Positions 1-9,722 of a DNA stretch of 64,000 nt are shown in pieces (position 1 is the stretch's first letter; each line of letters begins with the position of its first letter). The stretch lies in assembly GCA_964410585.1 (NCBI GenBank), contig CAYPFW010000003.1, positions 1-64,000 of the forward strand. The letters are read 5' to 3'. Source of the DNA: an uncultured archaeon (GTDB taxonomy: Archaea; Aenigmatarchaeota; Aenigmatarchaeia; QMZP01; JACQNV01). The notes under the pieces are model-generated. The model had not been told where the DNA came from and did not search any database. It saw only the letters and a program-made list of their open reading frames with translations. The position numbers and the translations under genes are program-made.

Positions 1-212
1 GGTTGTTTGACAGGAATGAGCTTTCCTTCTTTGATTTCAACCCATCCATTTTTCTTGGCCCACTGCAATGCGATCGCGAAATTCTCAACTTTCTTTCCAG
101 CCTCATCTATTGAAATGTTACCCCTCTTCAATAAATTTGCAAGATTAATTTCAGGAAGGCCTTTTTTCAAATAGGACAAACCTTCTTCTGTGAGCTTAAG
201 CTTAAGTGCCAT
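1..212 (-). CDS. pheS: Phenylalanyl-tRNA synthetase alpha subunit, N-terminal part (runs off the window)
   Basis: Manual translation from ATG 212 gives MALKLKLTEEGLSYLKKGLPEINL...IALQWAKKNGWVEIKEG, matching the archaeal PheRS-alpha LTEEG..Y...GLPE and W.KK.GW motifs. Confidence 0.8.
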   Translation of the reverse strand, partial: MALKLKLTEEGLSYLKKGLPEINLANLLKRGNISIDEAGKKVENFAIALQWAKKNGWVEIKEGKLIPVKQ

Positions 213-244
213 ACATCTATTAAATAACTCAACCTAATAAATAT

Positions 245-724
245 ATGATTTTGGAAATACTTTTGTTCATAATTTTGTATACAGTTGCCAGCCATGTTTT
301 AGACTATAGAATCCTCAAACCAATCCATTTCAACAAAAGAAAGTGGGATCTAAATATTTCCTGCGGACCAACAGACGGTGGTGGCTTGAACGCCGATGTG
401 ATTGAGAGAAAGGTAAAAAACTTTGTTAAGGTGAAAGATATATACAATCTCCCATTCAAAAACAAACAATTCGACCACATTGTCTCCTCCCATACAATAG
501 AACATGTAGAAGACCCAGTTAAGTTTTACAATGAGCTGAAAAGAGTTTCAAAAAATGTAACATTGCTTCTTCCACCTATATGGGATTTGGCAGGACTTGG
601 TTTTTTGTTCGAACACAAATGGCAATTCCTAACATTGAAAACACATCATGTTAACAAACTACCAAAAAAATTCAAGCTTCCTTTTTGGTGGTATCAGAAA
701 AGGTTTGGTCAGAGAATAAAATAA
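245..724 (+). CDS. Membrane-anchored class I SAM methyltransferase-like protein (paralog of 4704..5240)
   Basis: N-terminal TM helix; LNISCG, LPFKNKQFD and SHTIEHV motifs. Confidence 0.75.
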   Translation: MILEILLFIILYTVASHVLDYRILKPIHFNKRKWDLNISCGPTDGGGLNADVIERKVKNFVKVKDIYNLPFKNKQFDHIVSSHTIEHVEDPVKFYNELKRVSKNVTLLLPPIWDLAGLGFLFEHKWQFLTLKTHHVNKLPKKFKLPFWWYQKRFGQRIK

Positions 725-725
725 T

Positions 726-1748
726 TTACTTTCTTTCAGCTTTGTACCATTTCATTTCGCTTCCTGAGAATTCTTTGTAAGCAGAATATATCATTATAGG
801 CAACTGTATATTACTCAACACAAACCAAAGAGGAAATGACACAAAATCTTTCAGAGATTCTTTGAAAAATAATTTTGAATAAACCATGACACTAACACAA
901 AGCACCCACAAAGCAATGAAAGGAATAGCCAAAATCTGCATGTTCAGGAATGTGAAAAGAAGGTACAAAACAGCTACTATTGTTCCAAAAGGTGCTATGT
1001 AAAAATATATTCCCCTTTGAGCATCGTTGATGAAACCTTTGAAACCAGTATATTTCCTCGCTCTCATTATTCTCAAAGCGCCTCTACACCATCTTTTCCT
1101 TTGGTTAATAAAAGATGCAAAGGTTGAAGGCTCTTCGTGGTATGTCACAGCATTTGGTTCAAAGTGAATTTTGTGGTTTCTATCCATCATCTGCAAAGAA
1201 AGCGCAGCATCTTCTGAAAAGCTGTATTCATCAAAACCTATTTCAAGGAGAACTTTTTTTCTTATGAACATATTCTTCCCCATGAAAAGGGAATCTCTAC
1301 CATTTTTAGAAAAGAAGTGTTGGAAAAAAGATATCATCGAAGTTTCCAAAGAAAGAGCTCTAGAAACAAAAGAATCCTTGTTACCAGAAAGCACTGTACC
1401 TGAAACACCTGAAATTTTTTCATCTTCAAATGATTTAACTGCTTTTGATATACAATCTGGCTCAACTATACAATCTGCATCATAGATCCCTATTATGCTT
1501 CCCTTTGTATGTTTTAAGACTCTGTTGAGAGCAGCTGCCTTGCATCCCTGCTGCTTTAGTTTTATTGTCCTCACTTTCCTATAGGATTTTGCTATCTCAA
1601 TTGTTTTGTCTGTGCAACCATCAACAGCGACAATCACATCTAATTTAGGATAATCCGAAGCTAGGATAGAGTCTAAACACTTAGATATTGTCTTTTCCTC
1701 ATTCTTCGCGGGTATAATCACACTAACTGTAGGCAGCATATTTACCAA
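726..1748 (-). CDS. Glycosyltransferase family 2 (processive type)
   Basis: IPAKNEE, DADC, SED and QRKRW motifs; C-terminal TM helices. Confidence 0.9.
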   Translation of the reverse strand: MVNMLPTVSVIIPAKNEEKTISKCLDSILASDYPKLDVIVAVDGCTDKTIEIAKSYRKVRTIKLKQQGCKAAALNRVLKHTKGSIIGIYDADCIVEPDCISKAVKSFEDEKISGVSGTVLSGNKDSFVSRALSLETSMISFFQHFFSKNGRDSLFMGKNMFIRKKVLLEIGFDEYSFSEDAALSLQMMDRNHKIHFEPNAVTYHEEPSTFASFINQRKRWCRGALRIMRARKYTGFKGFINDAQRGIYFYIAPFGTIVAVLYLLFTFLNMQILAIPFIALWVLCVSVMVYSKLFFKESLKDFVSFPLWFVLSNIQLPIMIYSAYKEFSGSEMKWYKAERK

Positions 1749-2908
1749 TTATCAAAGTCTAGTTCATCCCTCTTTACTAATTTATCCTTTATACCAGCCA
1801 ATATGCCCTTGCTGTAGAATGCAAGTATGGCAAGTATATAGAAGAATATGAATGGAACCAAATAAATAAGCCTACTTTTCTTTGGTTGCTCGTGGTAGGT
1901 CAATAAAGCGAAATGGGATAGAGTCGCAGCTATTACAACAATGAAAAAATTGACAACTATAGGTAGAATAAGGTTTAGGGATATTGAAAGGTATTCAGGC
2001 GAAGAAAAAGATACAAATGAAACAATTGGCGCAAGGCTATAAAGTGTTAGAAGCAAAAAACCAATTAACACCAATCCCAAAACAGTATACGGAAGTGTGG
2101 AAACCAAGAACTGTCTGCTTGCTTTGTAGCCTTTTCTATGGTTCCAAAAAGTGTAAAATGCCCCCTTACCCCATCTCATTCTCTGTTTTTTCAACTCTGA
2201 AAGGCTTTTAGCTTCGCTTGTTTCAACAACAGCTTCAGGCTCATATTGTATCCTATATCCATTTTTCCCCATAATCGCTGCGAACTCATTGTCTTCCATC
2301 TGTGTCCTTGGCCAGCCGCCCAACTTTTGGAACTCTGATTTTCTTATCGCAACACCACAACCCCTAAATGCTATCATTGAGCCAAAATACATATGTATTT
2401 TGAACAGCGAGGACATGAAACAATTTTCAACTGAAACCAGTTTTTGGACAAAAGTTTTCGGACTTTGAGCAACATATTTTGGGACAACGGCCACTGTTTT
2501 TTTGTCGAACCAAGGAACCAATTTTATCAAACTATCCCTTCTTGCTACTGTATCTGCATCAAGGAAAAATAGAACCTCGCCCCTTGCTTGTTTTACTACC
2601 TCGTTTAGGGCAACTGCTTTTCCTAGCCTGGTTTTGTTTTGTATACATTTCACTCCCAGTCTTTTGCATATTTTTGGCGTGCTATCTCTACTATCGTTTA
2701 CAACAATTATTTCTTTTTTTGAATAGTCCAAATTTAGGGCTGACCTTATGCATTTTTCTATTGTTTTTTCTGAATTATATGCTGGAATTAGTATTGAGAC
2801 AAATGGTGTTTTTCCCAATTTCGGCCTCTTCAAATTAGATTCCCATGTGTAAGCAAAATACGAAAATACAATTCCTGTTAATATGAATATGGCTACTATT
2901 ATTGACAT
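1742..2908 (-). CDS. Glycosyltransferase family 2 (processive type)
   Basis: IPAYNSE, LDAD, MED and QRMRW motifs; TM helices. Confidence 0.9.
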   Translation of the reverse strand: MSIIVAIFILTGIVFSYFAYTWESNLKRPKLGKTPFVSILIPAYNSEKTIEKCIRSALNLDYSKKEIIVVNDSRDSTPKICKRLGVKCIQNKTRLGKAVALNEVVKQARGEVLFFLDADTVARRDSLIKLVPWFDKKTVAVVPKYVAQSPKTFVQKLVSVENCFMSSLFKIHMYFGSMIAFRGCGVAIRKSEFQKLGGWPRTQMEDNEFAAIMGKNGYRIQYEPEAVVETSEAKSLSELKKQRMRWGKGAFYTFWNHRKGYKASRQFLVSTLPYTVLGLVLIGFLLLTLYSLAPIVSFVSFSSPEYLSISLNLILPIVVNFFIVVIAATLSHFALLTYHEQPKKSRLIYLVPFIFFYILAILAFYSKGILAGIKDKLVKRDELDFDNW

Positions 2909-3045
2909 AAGTTGGAAAACGCTATATGTTGGCCGGAACCCAGTCTAATATATTAGGTTGGATAAATACTCTTTTATATAGATTTTTAAGCCTTTGGGCT
3001 CCTATAATTTTATTATGCCTAATTTATTCTTTTAGAAAAAGAAGA

Positions 3046-3134
3046 TTCGTGTCTCCAATTAACAGAGTGAACTGTTAATTGTTCACTGGGCATCTCTATA
3101 TCATCTCCCTGAGAGATGCATACTAAGAGGCTTA
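3046..3134 (+). repeat. Palindromic intergenic module B (TTCGTGTCTC...CATCTC...GAGATGC)
   Basis: Near-identical to the reverse complement of 35395-35471; internal hairpins AATTAACAG/CTGTTAATT and GCATCTCT/AGAGATGC. Confidence 0.9.
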
Positions 3135-3155
3135 CTCAAGAATTAATATAAGACT

Positions 3156-4646
3156 ATGGTAACTACAGACCAACTCATAGAAATTGCGAAGAGAAGAGGC
3201 TTTTTTTGGCAAGGCTCAGCTATTTATGGTGGGCTTGCAGGATTCTACGACTATGCACACATAGGTGTGTTTCTAAAAAGAAGATGGGAAAATGCTTGGA
3301 GAAAATTTTTCCTTGGTCTAGACGAAAACTACTACGAAATCCAACCATCTCTTATCATGCATGAGAAAGTTTTCCAGGCATCTGGTCACTTAGAAAGCTT
3401 CGCTGATCCTGTTGCAAAGTGTGGCAAATGCGGAAACTCTGAGCGTGCAGACCATATTTTGGAAGCCCATCTAAAAGAAGCATTTGAAGGTGTCTCTCCA
3501 GAAGATCTTTTGAAGCTCATAAAAAAACATGGAATAAAATGCGACAAGTGCAAAGGCGAAATAATAGAAGTTAGGCAATTCAACATGATGTTTCCTTTGA
3601 AACTTGGTGTTGGAAAACAAGAAAAAACCGGATATTTGACAGGCGAAACAGCACAAGGCGCTTATGTTAATTTTAAGCAAATGTTTGAGGTTTGCAGGAA
3701 AAAACTTCCCCTAGGTCTAGCGATTATTGGAAAGGCTTTTAGAAATGAGATTGCTCCAAGAAATGCTTTGATAAGAATGAGAGAGTTGACACAAGCTGAA
3801 CTGCAGATATTTTTTGACCCAGACACAATTGGAGAGCATCCTGATTTTGATAAAGTCGAGAATTACAAACTGCAATTGTTTCCTTTTGAAAACAGAAAAA
3901 CAGGAAAAAAAGAAGAGTGCACAGCTAAACAAGCTGTTGAAAAATTTAAACTTCCTAAATTCTACGTCTACCACCTTTGCAAAATTCAACAATTTTATTT
4001 GGATGTTTTGAAACTTCCAAAAGAAAGGTTTAGATTCAAACAGCTTTCAGATGAAGAAAAAGCATTTTACAATAAATTTCATTGGGACATGGAATTGAAC
4101 TTGGACAGCCTTGGCGGATTCAAAGAGGTGGGCGGTCTACACTATAGGACAGACCACGATCTTTCTGGCCACCAGAAAATTTCGAGCCAATCAATGGAAG
4201 TGAGCTTAGAAGGTAAAAAGGTTTTGCCACACGTTTTGGAGCTTTCATTTGGAGTGGATAGAAATTTTTATTCGCTTTTGGAACTAGCGTATACAGAAGA
4301 AAAAGATAGAACAGTTTTGAAATTCCCGAGGATTGTCTCTCCTTTTGATGCTGGAATTTTCCCACTGGTAAACAAAGATGGCCTACAAGAAAAAGCAAAG
4401 GAAGTCCAGCAAATTCTTGAAGAGCATGGATTTATTATTTTTTATGACGAAAGCGGATCAATTGGAAGGAGATATAGAAGGATAGACGAAATCGGTGTCG
4501 CAGCTGGTCTGACTATAGACCATGATTCACTAAAACAAGACGACGTCACCCTCAGAGACAGAGATTCGATGAAACAAATCAGAGTAAAAATAAAAGATCT
4601 ACCACAAGTTCTGAGAAAGTTTTTGAATGGAGAAGATCTCCACTAA
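3156..4646 (+). CDS. glyS: Glycine--tRNA ligase (archaeal/eukaryotic homodimeric type)
   Basis: RRGFFW, ETAQG, GKAFRNEI, ELSFGVDR and GSIGRRYRR motifs. Confidence 0.97.
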   Translation: MVTTDQLIEIAKRRGFFWQGSAIYGGLAGFYDYAHIGVFLKRRWENAWRKFFLGLDENYYEIQPSLIMHEKVFQASGHLESFADPVAKCGKCGNSERADHILEAHLKEAFEGVSPEDLLKLIKKHGIKCDKCKGEIIEVRQFNMMFPLKLGVGKQEKTGYLTGETAQGAYVNFKQMFEVCRKKLPLGLAIIGKAFRNEIAPRNALIRMRELTQAELQIFFDPDTIGEHPDFDKVENYKLQLFPFENRKTGKKEECTAKQAVEKFKLPKFYVYHLCKIQQFYLDVLKLPKERFRFKQLSDEEKAFYNKFHWDMELNLDSLGGFKEVGGLHYRTDHDLSGHQKISSQSMEVSLEGKKVLPHVLELSFGVDRNFYSLLELAYTEEKDRTVLKFPRIVSPFDAGIFPLVNKDGLQEKAKEVQQILEEHGFIIFYDESGSIGRRYRRIDEIGVAAGLTIDHDSLKQDDVTLRDRDSMKQIRVKIKDLPQVLRKFLNGEDLH

Positions 4647-4651
4647 AACCG

Positions 4652-4693
4652 CTGACAGAACTTTTAGCAATAGTTTTATGGAAGTTCTGTCAG
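4652..4693. repeat. Perfect 12-bp inverted repeat in the intergenic region
   Basis: CTGACAGAACTT (4652-4663) and AAGTTCTGTCAG (4682-4693). Confidence 0.8.
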
Positions 4694-4703
4694 AATCCTT
4701 CTT

Positions 4704-5240
4704 ATGCAAAAAATTTGGGACTATATTCCTGGTATCCCTGAAATAATTCTGCTAATTGTTGTCGCTATTGTTTTTCTTCCATTGGCTTTGTACACAATAA
4801 TTGCGAATGTTGTTGATTATCGGCTTCTAAAATCGTATTACACAAAGCACAAAAAGTGGGACCTAAACATTTGCTGCGGTAACATTGATTTGAGAGGAAC
4901 AAATGCAGATGTTGTGAAAAGGGAGCTTCCAAATTTTGTTTTGATAAAAGATATGCACAAACTACCTTTCAAAGACAAGGAATTTGAAAATGTTGTTTGC
5001 TCGCATACACTCGAGCATTTAGAAAATCCAGAAAGGTTTTATAGCGAATTGAAAAGAGTTGGGAAAAATGTAACAATCTTAATTCCACCTTTATGGGACA
5101 TTGGTTGTATGGTTGTTTTTAGGGAACACAAATGGCAATTTCTTACACTAAAAACAAAACATGTTAATTATTTGCCAAAAAAATTCAAGCTTCCTTTTTG
5201 GTGGTATCAGAAAAGATTTGGACAGACTGTCAAAGCCTAG
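4704..5240 (+). CDS. Membrane-anchored class I SAM methyltransferase-like protein (paralog of 245..724)
   Basis: LNICCG, LPFKDKEF and SHTLEHL motifs; C-terminus nearly identical to 245..724. Confidence 0.75.
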   Translation: MQKIWDYIPGIPEIILLIVVAIVFLPLALYTIIANVVDYRLLKSYYTKHKKWDLNICCGNIDLRGTNADVVKRELPNFVLIKDMHKLPFKDKEFENVVCSHTLEHLENPERFYSELKRVGKNVTILIPPLWDIGCMVVFREHKWQFLTLKTKHVNYLPKKFKLPFWWYQKRFGQTVKA

Positions 5241-8200
5241 GCTTTCAACTTTGCAATTATAGCATCTGCCATCTGGGAAGTTCCAACAGCTGTAGGGTCG
5301 TCTTTGCTTGGTTTTAAATCATATGTGACATGTTTGCCTTCGCGGATGACTTCTGCTGTTGCTTTTTCCAACCTATCTCCTGCCTCTTTTTCGCCAATAT
5401 GCCGAAGCATCATTGCAGCAGACAAAATCATTGCAGTTGGATTGACTTTGTTCAGGCCTTTGTATTTTGGAGCAGATCCGTGGACAGCCTCAAAAACGGC
5501 ATACTCATCCCCTATATTTGCCCCCGGAGCCACACCCAAGCCTCCAACTAAACCAGCGCATAGGTCAGATATTATGTCCCCATAAAGGTTTGGTAGAACC
5601 AAGACATCATAAAGATTTGGTTTTTGTACAAGCTGCATGCACATGTTGTCTACAATCACATCTTCAAACTGTATCTCAGGATATTGGGCAGCAACTTTTC
5701 TTGCAGTATCCAAAAATAGGCCGTCTGTGTGCTTCATTATGTTTGCTTTGTGGACAGCTGAAACCTTTTTCCTCCCATTTTTCTTTGCAAACTCGAAAGC
5801 AGCGCGCACAATTCTTTCTGTTTTGAAAACTGAAATTGGTTTGATTGAAATTCCAGAATCATCGCGGATTATTTTTCCATCTTTGTTCAAGGATTTTATT
5901 TTGTTTATCAGTTCCAAAGTTTCCGGCTTTCCTTTTTCAAATTCAACGCCTGTATACAAATCATCTGTGTTTTCCCTAAAAATAACCAAATCCAAGCCAG
6001 GATAATTTGATTTCACGCCTTCATAGAATTTTGCAGGTCTGATATTCTGGTAGCAATCAAGCTCTTTTCTCAACAAAACATTCACAGATCTAAAACCAGT
6101 ACCAACAGGCGTTGTGATAGGTGCTTTTATTGCGATTTTATTCTTTTTTATAGAATCGATAACCCGTTGAGGCAAAGGGTCTTCGCCTTTTTCATAAATA
6201 TCTATCCCAGCTGTTTGAACATCCCACTCAATTTTCACACCAGTTGCTTCAACACACCTTCGTGTTGCTTCTGCTAATTCAGGTCCTGTTCCATCGCCTG
6301 TTATCAAAGTGATTTTGTGAACCATGTTATTTATTGGAGTTAACTTATTTAAGGTTGATTGATTTTTTCGCCTCAACAAATTCAGCGCAGACCCAGCTTC
6401 GAATATTTCAATTTGCTCTTTTGTGAACGTGTGTTTTGTTTCTATTTTTTCTTCTGCGCCGTCTGCATGTTTCACCAAAAGATGGATTGGCTTTCCTATT
6501 TCTATGCTAAAGTTTGGTAAACTTACAACATCATCTTCCTTTATTTTATCATAGTCTTCTTTGTTGGCAAAAGTCAAAGGAACAACTCCTTGGCTTTTCA
6601 AGTTTGTTTCGTGGATTCGAGCAAAGCTTTTTGCAACAACTGCGCGACAACCAAGATACCGAGGCTCCATTGCAGCATGCTCCCTGCTTGAGCCTTCACC
6701 ATAATTTTCATCACCAATAACAATCCATCCTCTTCCCTTTGCTTTGTAATCCCTTGCAACTTTATTGTATTCTAAAACTTCGCCTGTCAAAATATTTTTT
6801 CCCTTTCCAACTTCGCCACTAAAGGCGTTCACAGCTCCTGAAAACATGTTATCTGATATTTTGTCTAAATGTCCTCTGAATTCCAACCATCTGCCCGCAG
6901 GAGATATGTGGTCTGTTGTACATTTACCTTTTGCCTTCAACAAAACAAACAAATCTTTGAAATCTTTTTCTTTGTTCCACTCTTCGAACTGAACAAGAAA
7001 TGCGAGCCTATTGCTCTTTGGATCAATCAAAACCTCTCCCTGTCCTGTTGGATTTTCATATCCAGAAATATCGAAATCAAAACCCCTAGACGGAAGCTCA
7101 TCTACAACAGGTGGTGGGCTCAAAACAAATTTTTCTCCAGATGGAGTTTCTAAAAAGTCTGTCATTGGATTGAAATCCAACCTTCCTGAAAGCGCATATG
7201 CTGTCACAATCTCAGGACTTGAAATAAATGCATGCGTCTCTGGGTTTTCATCATTCCTTTTTTTGAAATTTCTGTTGTAAGAAGTGATTATAGAATTTTT
7301 GTCGCCTGTTTTTATGTCTGTCCTTTTCCACTGTCCTATACACGGACCGCAAGCATTTGCTAAAACTGTTCCTCCAATTTTTTGGAAAACTTCTAGCTGT
7401 CCATCCCTTTGTATTGTTTTGTAAATTTGCTCAGATCCCGGAGTAACCATGAAACCACACTTTGCTTTCAAACCTTTTTGAGCTGCTTGTTTGGCTATTG
7501 CAGCAGCCCTTTCCATATCTTCATACGAAGAGTTTGTGCAGCTTCCAATCAGAGCATATTTCAATTCAACTGGCCAGTTGTTTTGTTTTGCTTCTGCTCC
7601 AAGTTCTGAAACAGGTCGACCCAAATCAGGTGTATGCGGACCAACAACATGTGGTTCTAAATCAGAAAGATTTATGTTAATCACCAAATCAAAAAACCTT
7701 TGTGGATTTTTTTCAACTTCTGGATCTGCCCTAAGCTCTTCACTTGCCTGGTTTGCCAACTCTGCGACTTTGGATCTTCTTGTAGCTTTCAAATATTTTT
7801 CAGTATGGTCATCATAAGGGAATATAGATGTAGTCGCACCAATCTCAGCTCCCATGTTTGTAATTGTGGCCTTGCCTGTAGCGCTTATTGTCCTTGCTCC
7901 ATCACCAAAATATTCAACTATGCATCCTGTTCCACCGCTTACTGTAAGCATTTCTGCAACTTTTAGAATGATATCTTTTGGAGCTGTCCATCCACTCATT
8001 TTTCCAGTCAAATGGACGCCAATTAATTTAGGCATCAACACATTCCATTTTTCCCCAGCCATTACATCAACTGCATCTGCGCCACCTACACCTATTGCAA
8101 CCATCCCTAAACCACCTGCGTTTGGTGTGTGCGAATCTGTGCCAATCATCAACATTCCAGGCACAGCATAATTTTCCAAAACAACTTGGTGAATGATACC

Positions 8201-8620
8201 AGAACCAGGCTTCCAAAAACCTATCCCATATTTATTTGCTGCACTTTTCAAAAACAAGTAGACCTCACTGTTTTCATGTTTTGCTGTTTCTAAATCAGAG
8301 TTTGCTCCTGAATATGCGCGGATAAGATGATCGCAGTGGATTGTTGTTGGGACAGCTGCTCTCTGCCTTTCTGTAAGAATAAATTGGAGCAAAGCCATTT
8401 GTGCTGTTGCATCTTGCATTGCAACTCTATCTACTTGGAGTGGTATTGTATCCTTTCCTCTGGTAGCCTTCAAGGCCTGGGTGTGAGCAAATAGGATTTT
8501 TTCTGCATATGTCAAAGGCCTGTTTAACTCAATCTTCGCCTTTTTCACACTATCCAAATACTTTGTATAGAAACCTGAAACCTGAGCCTCGTCTAGAAAC
8601 ATAGGGATATGAAATGACAC
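5237..8620 (-). CDS. Aconitate hydratase (mitochondrial-like) fused to an isocitrate/isopropylmalate dehydrogenase-family domain
   Basis: Aconitase motifs RVAMQDATAQMA, GTDSHT, IGSCTNSS, NACGPCIG, TTDHISPAG and GEGSSREHAA; then MVHKITLITGDGTG, HKANIMK, PNLYGDIISD and FEAVHGSAP in 5237-6325. Confidence 0.92.
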   Translation of the reverse strand: MSFHIPMFLDEAQVSGFYTKYLDSVKKAKIELNRPLTYAEKILFAHTQALKATRGKDTIPLQVDRVAMQDATAQMALLQFILTERQRAAVPTTIHCDHLIRAYSGANSDLETAKHENSEVYLFLKSAANKYGIGFWKPGSGIIHQVVLENYAVPGMLMIGTDSHTPNAGGLGMVAIGVGGADAVDVMAGEKWNVLMPKLIGVHLTGKMSGWTAPKDIILKVAEMLTVSGGTGCIVEYFGDGARTISATGKATITNMGAEIGATTSIFPYDDHTEKYLKATRRSKVAELANQASEELRADPEVEKNPQRFFDLVININLSDLEPHVVGPHTPDLGRPVSELGAEAKQNNWPVELKYALIGSCTNSSYEDMERAAAIAKQAAQKGLKAKCGFMVTPGSEQIYKTIQRDGQLEVFQKIGGTVLANACGPCIGQWKRTDIKTGDKNSIITSYNRNFKKRNDENPETHAFISSPEIVTAYALSGRLDFNPMTDFLETPSGEKFVLSPPPVVDELPSRGFDFDISGYENPTGQGEVLIDPKSNRLAFLVQFEEWNKEKDFKDLFVLLKAKGKCTTDHISPAGRWLEFRGHLDKISDNMFSGAVNAFSGEVGKGKNILTGEVLEYNKVARDYKAKGRGWIVIGDENYGEGSSREHAAMEPRYLGCRAVVAKSFARIHETNLKSQGVVPLTFANKEDYDKIKEDDVVSLPNFSIEIGKPIHLLVKHADGAEEKIETKHTFTKEQIEIFEAGSALNLLRRKNQSTLNKLTPINNMVHKITLITGDGTGPELAEATRRCVEATGVKIEWDVQTAGIDIYEKGEDPLPQRVIDSIKKNKIAIKAPITTPVGTGFRSVNVLLRKELDCYQNIRPAKFYEGVKSNYPGLDLVIFRENTDDLYTGVEFEKGKPETLELINKIKSLNKDGKIIRDDSGISIKPISVFKTERIVRAAFEFAKKNGRKKVSAVHKANIMKHTDGLFLDTARKVAAQYPEIQFEDVIVDNMCMQLVQKPNLYDVLVLPNLYGDIISDLCAGLVGGLGVAPGANIGDEYAVFEAVHGSAPKYKGLNKVNPTAMILSAAMMLRHIGEKEAGDRLEKATAEVIREGKHVTYDLKPSKDDPTAVGTSQMADAIIAKLKA

Positions 8621-8695
8621 ATTTTAGATTTAGATTATTGTTTCCAAAAATGTGCCCATCCGTATAATTCTTTGTAAGATTTTTATACTTTTGGT

Positions 8696-9661
8696 TCAAG
8701 ATGATTTTATAATTTGATCAAGTTTTATTGGGTCTTTTAGCCAGAAAAGCAAGCCAAGAAGAGTGACTAAATAATTTGAAACAAGCAAAAGTAGGCCAAC
8801 AGAAACAGCAGATGCAGATGCTATTGACAGGTATCCGAAGAAATAAATTAGGGAAATGTCCCTAACACCGACACCAGAGAAGGATATAGGCAGGGTTTCA
8901 AGCAAAATTGTTATTGGGACTGCTATAGCCATGAAAAATAAGGTTATATTTAGGTTTAAAGAAAGTCCTATCACATACATCTGAACAATTGACAAAAACC
9001 ACAATAGAAGGCCTAAAATAATAGACAAGGTTATATTCTTCTTACTTGATTTCATGTCTCGTATTCCAAGGAAAAAATCTGAAAATAGGCCAGCTCCTGA
9101 TTCCTTGAACTTTTTTGGAAAAAATCTTTTGTAAAAGGGCCTCAAAATTTTTCTGACTAGATTTTCTTTTGTCAAAAGGAATAGGAAAACAACAAAAGCA
9201 ATTGATATGAAAGCTAAAACAGGCAGCAAAAATAGATTGTTGACATAGTATGTAATAAACATATACAAACCCAAAATTGCCAGAACTATCAATATACCAA
9301 CGTCAATAACTCTATCTATCAAAACAGTTGTCAGTGACTTGCCTATTTTTGTGTCGTTTCTTAGATAGTAAGCGCGGGCAAAATCGCCGACTCTTCCAGG
9401 AGTGATTTGTCCAATTCCAAAACCAACTAACCAAGCCTTCGAAGCCTTCCACAAAGGGAAATCAATATTGTAAGTTTTTATCAAATATTTCCACTTCAAA
9501 GCTTTTAGAGGTATCATTCCAAAAGCAATCACAAGCGAGATAAGATAGATGCCTAAGTTTATACTTTGGAAATCAGCTACAAGTCTGCTCAAATCTATTG
9601 TGCTAAGAACATAGATAAAAATAGCAATACCAACTAAAGGAAGGAATTTGCTAATTCGCAT
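8696..9661 (-). CDS. Lysylphosphatidylglycerol synthase TM / UPF0104 flippase-like membrane protein
   Basis: Multi-TM protein; TPGRVGDFAR and LPISFSGVGVRD motifs. Confidence 0.85.
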   Translation of the reverse strand: MRISKFLPLVGIAIFIYVLSTIDLSRLVADFQSINLGIYLISLVIAFGMIPLKALKWKYLIKTYNIDFPLWKASKAWLVGFGIGQITPGRVGDFARAYYLRNDTKIGKSLTTVLIDRVIDVGILIVLAILGLYMFITYYVNNLFLLPVLAFISIAFVVFLFLLTKENLVRKILRPFYKRFFPKKFKESGAGLFSDFFLGIRDMKSSKKNITLSIILGLLLWFLSIVQMYVIGLSLNLNITLFFMAIAVPITILLETLPISFSGVGVRDISLIYFFGYLSIASASAVSVGLLLLVSNYLVTLLGLLFWLKDPIKLDQIIKSS

Positions 9662-9722
9662 ATTTGCAAAAATAGGTTTGAAAGTATAAATATTATTTAC
9701 TAAATACTGAATGTGGGGCTAT

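Noticed and set aside
610-5240. Diversity-generating retroelement TR/VR pair in the two similar 3' gene ends
   Set aside because: Mismatches are not confined to adenines and are mostly synonymous; there is no reverse transcriptase in the window.
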